Positions 61,623 through 64,000 of a stretch of DNA of 64,000 bases are shown here, one piece after another (the stretch's first letter is position 1; each line of letters opens with the position of its first letter). A program made the translations under genes and the position numbers. The DNA lies in the NCBI RefSeq assembly GCF_036365525.1, contig NC_090373.1:97683461-97747460 (forward strand). Direction: 5' to 3'. The DNA comes from Heterodontus francisci. Its lineage: Eukaryota. The notes below the pieces were generated by a model that had not been told where the DNA came from, made no database searches, and saw only the letters and a list, made by a program, of their open reading frames with translations.

Positions 61623-63712
61623 GTTCTATTAGTGTTGGCTGCATAACACTATCATTTAACTTAGCAGGCAGTATGAGGTTTGGGTGCTGCCTGCATTAGT
61701 TTAACTGGGCAGGGTTTAATCACGCATTGCAATCCCTGTTTTCAGAAGCTATCAAATTTCTAGCCCATAGAAATTGCAATGGGGTGGTAAAAAGAGTTTT
61801 ACAAGCATATTCAACAATGGATCTGAGGTTGCTGAAGAAAATCAGAGAAGATATAGCAGTGCCTCAGACCTCAATTTTTCACTCCTCTTTAGATGTGCAA
61901 ATAATGCTGGGACATAGTCAATGTAGCATCTCTGTTCAGGAAATGAGAGATAGACGAAATGGGTAACTCTAAACCTTGACAAACTATCATTCAAAATCAA
62001 ATCAGCTGGTATTTACAGATGCACCAGTTAATTAATAACAGCTGGCATAGATTTGTTGAGCACAAGTCTTGTTCAATAAAATTCATAGTTTTTAGACGAA
62101 TTGTCCATGTGAATTTGGCAGACATAATGGCCCAGATCTTTCTGCAAAAATAACAGCAAGTTTATTGGTACCAGTATTAATGCATAAATCAGCCATCGAG
62201 TTGTGGTTAGAAAGAGATACACTTTGAACTGTGAATTGTCACAAGTTGCTGAACTATTTTCACATTGCCCATTAGATTTGCAAAAATGGCAGATCACCCA
62301 CAACATTACCCTGTGTTTCAAGAAATTGCAGCATTTGCAGATTAATTGCCAATTAAACTTGCCACAGAAAGTTAGGGCTAGCACTAACAGCATAAATAAC
62401 TTTTTAATGAGGAGATTTATGCTCAGGCCCAGAAAGAGACCTATTTAAACTGCGAAGTCTCAATCCTGCCAGCATTAAATTGTTAGCGATTTAAAAAAAA
62501 TCTATTTTTTGAAAAAACTAACCATTTGCCTCATATTTCCTTCTCTCTTAACCCATTCTTTCTTTCCCTCTCTTTAATTCTCTTTCTGTATCTGATGTGG
62601 CTCTAATTCATCCTGTTTCCTTCTCAGTCCTTCAGTTTCTTTCTGCTTAAATGTCATTGGTTAAAGCAATAGACTGTTGGTCCGATCATTTACTAAGGTT
62701 CGAAAAGCCCCTTTGTCCTCATCATTTTCTTATCAATTTATACTTCCAGCAACTTTTAGGGAAATCTTTTTCTGAATTGATGGGTGAGGGAAAAGTTCTA
62801 ACCGACAGGGGATGCTGCAAAATGTTCCAAGATATATGAATTTTCAGTTGTTCAATAAGGTGTCTCACTTGAAACTTTTTAGAATCTAGGATGGGGAATT
62901 TTCCCAATATTTAATTCAAATTACAATGATACATCATGCAGCCAATACAGTTTATTTTCATGACCACTTAACCCTTAGAGTGTCAGCTGCCTTTTTAATG
63001 TCGTTTCTCAGAGACAGAGAGCTCAAATATCAACTAATATTTTATAATAATTCAAATAACGTGCTAGGGACAGTTTAATTAGTGTAATACCTGTTATGGG
63101 TTAAAAACAGTGAATAGTTTTAAGATTCTGATGGTACTGGATCTGTTTTTGCTAAGTAGTATAGGTCTCATTCCTGAGGCCCACTCCTCTAGCCAGCCCT
63201 TTCTGTTTAGTGGCAGTATTGGGTTTGCTGCTTTGCTTCTTTTTCCTTAATCTGACTAAAGAGTACTTACCTAGTCCCCTCATTTTTGCAACAAACAAGT
63301 CTTGCATGTCAGGATTTTGCCACACATTTTCACAGGCAACAAAGCTAGTTTCAAATTAAAAATGCCAATGTAAACCTGGTTTTAATTTTCTTATTTCCAG
63401 TGCATTATAAATTTTGGGGGGATGATATGTTAGCCATATTATAGCAGAAAAGTCACACGTTAGATTGGGAAACAGATATGCAAGGTCCCAGCCTTTCCTG
63501 GATCCTTGTTTGGGGCTAAGCTCCAAGAGAAGAAGCAGCTGGGGACAAGGATTACTAGGCCAGGAGGTCCTTCATTCCCAGCCTGGCAGAGCATTAGTGG
63601 GTCAGTGCGTCAGGTGAGAGCAAACATACTGGCTCATCCCACTGCACTTGTGGGGCCTAGATGGTGATCCAAACCTGGATTGTAGTCTGGAAACCAAAGA
63701 AAGAAGAAATTT

Positions 63713-63847
63713 AATAAAAGCAAAATACTGCAGATGCTGGAAATCTGAAATAAAAACAAGAAATGCTGGAAATACTCAGCAGGTCTGGTAGCATCTGTGG
63801 AGAGAGAAGCAGAGTTAATGTTTCAGGTCAGTGACTCTTCATCAGAA
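63713..63847 (-). mobile_element. Penelope-type terminal repeat with a minimal hammerhead ribozyme core
   Basis: Minus strand 63847-63814 reads ttCTGATGAagagtcactgacctGAAACattaac. Flanked by the direct repeat AGAAGAAATTT (63702-63712 and 63844-63854). Confidence 0.7.
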
Positions 63848-64000
63848 GAAATTTGTTTGGGTCATTTTAGCTCCCTGACAAAGGATGTTTATGGGGAATT
63901 GTGGTAATCTTCCAGGGAAAAATTCCCTGGGCTGCCCTCCCGAACCCAACACCACAGGCCAGAGTTCTGGGCTTTTCCTTTATGGAGGGTACCCACCAGA

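Noticed and set aside
1-64000. CRISPR arrays, rRNA genes or prokaryotic operons
   Set aside because: None seen. The DNA is vertebrate and the repeats are dispersed transposons.

Overview
Vertebrate genomic DNA, almost certainly from an elasmobranch (shark or ray), judged by HE1-like V-SINEs, HER1/CR1 LINEs, a DeuSINE and a Penelope-type repeat. The host content is a tandem + strand cluster of trace amine-associated receptor (TAAR) genes with single-exon CDSs. Two are intact (41971-43008, 52275-53312). One is intact apart from a single TGG>TGA stop at W4.50 (7008-8048), one is a decayed pseudogene (18769-19678), and there is a duplicated 3' fragment (44341-44628). Both intact receptors carry D3.32 plus D5.42, the pair used by the zebrafish diamine receptor TAAR13c. 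Most of the rest is nested transposons: CR1, RTE, Tx1, Gypsy (Gmr1 and Mag types), solo LTRs, PIF/Harbinger elements and MITEs, Penelope-type repeats with hammerhead motifs, and three SINE families. The most unusual object is a 3.26-kb endonuclease-RT LINE at 46831-50095. It has no ORF1, begins with a tRNA-derived SINE head (Pol III A/B boxes) and has no TTTT on the sense strand until its tail. Its head and tail alone make up a SINE also present here (8979-9340). This suggests a Pol III-transcribed autonomous retroelement and its deletion-derived SINE. All calls were made by eye, with no database searches, and repeat boundaries without TSDs are approximate.
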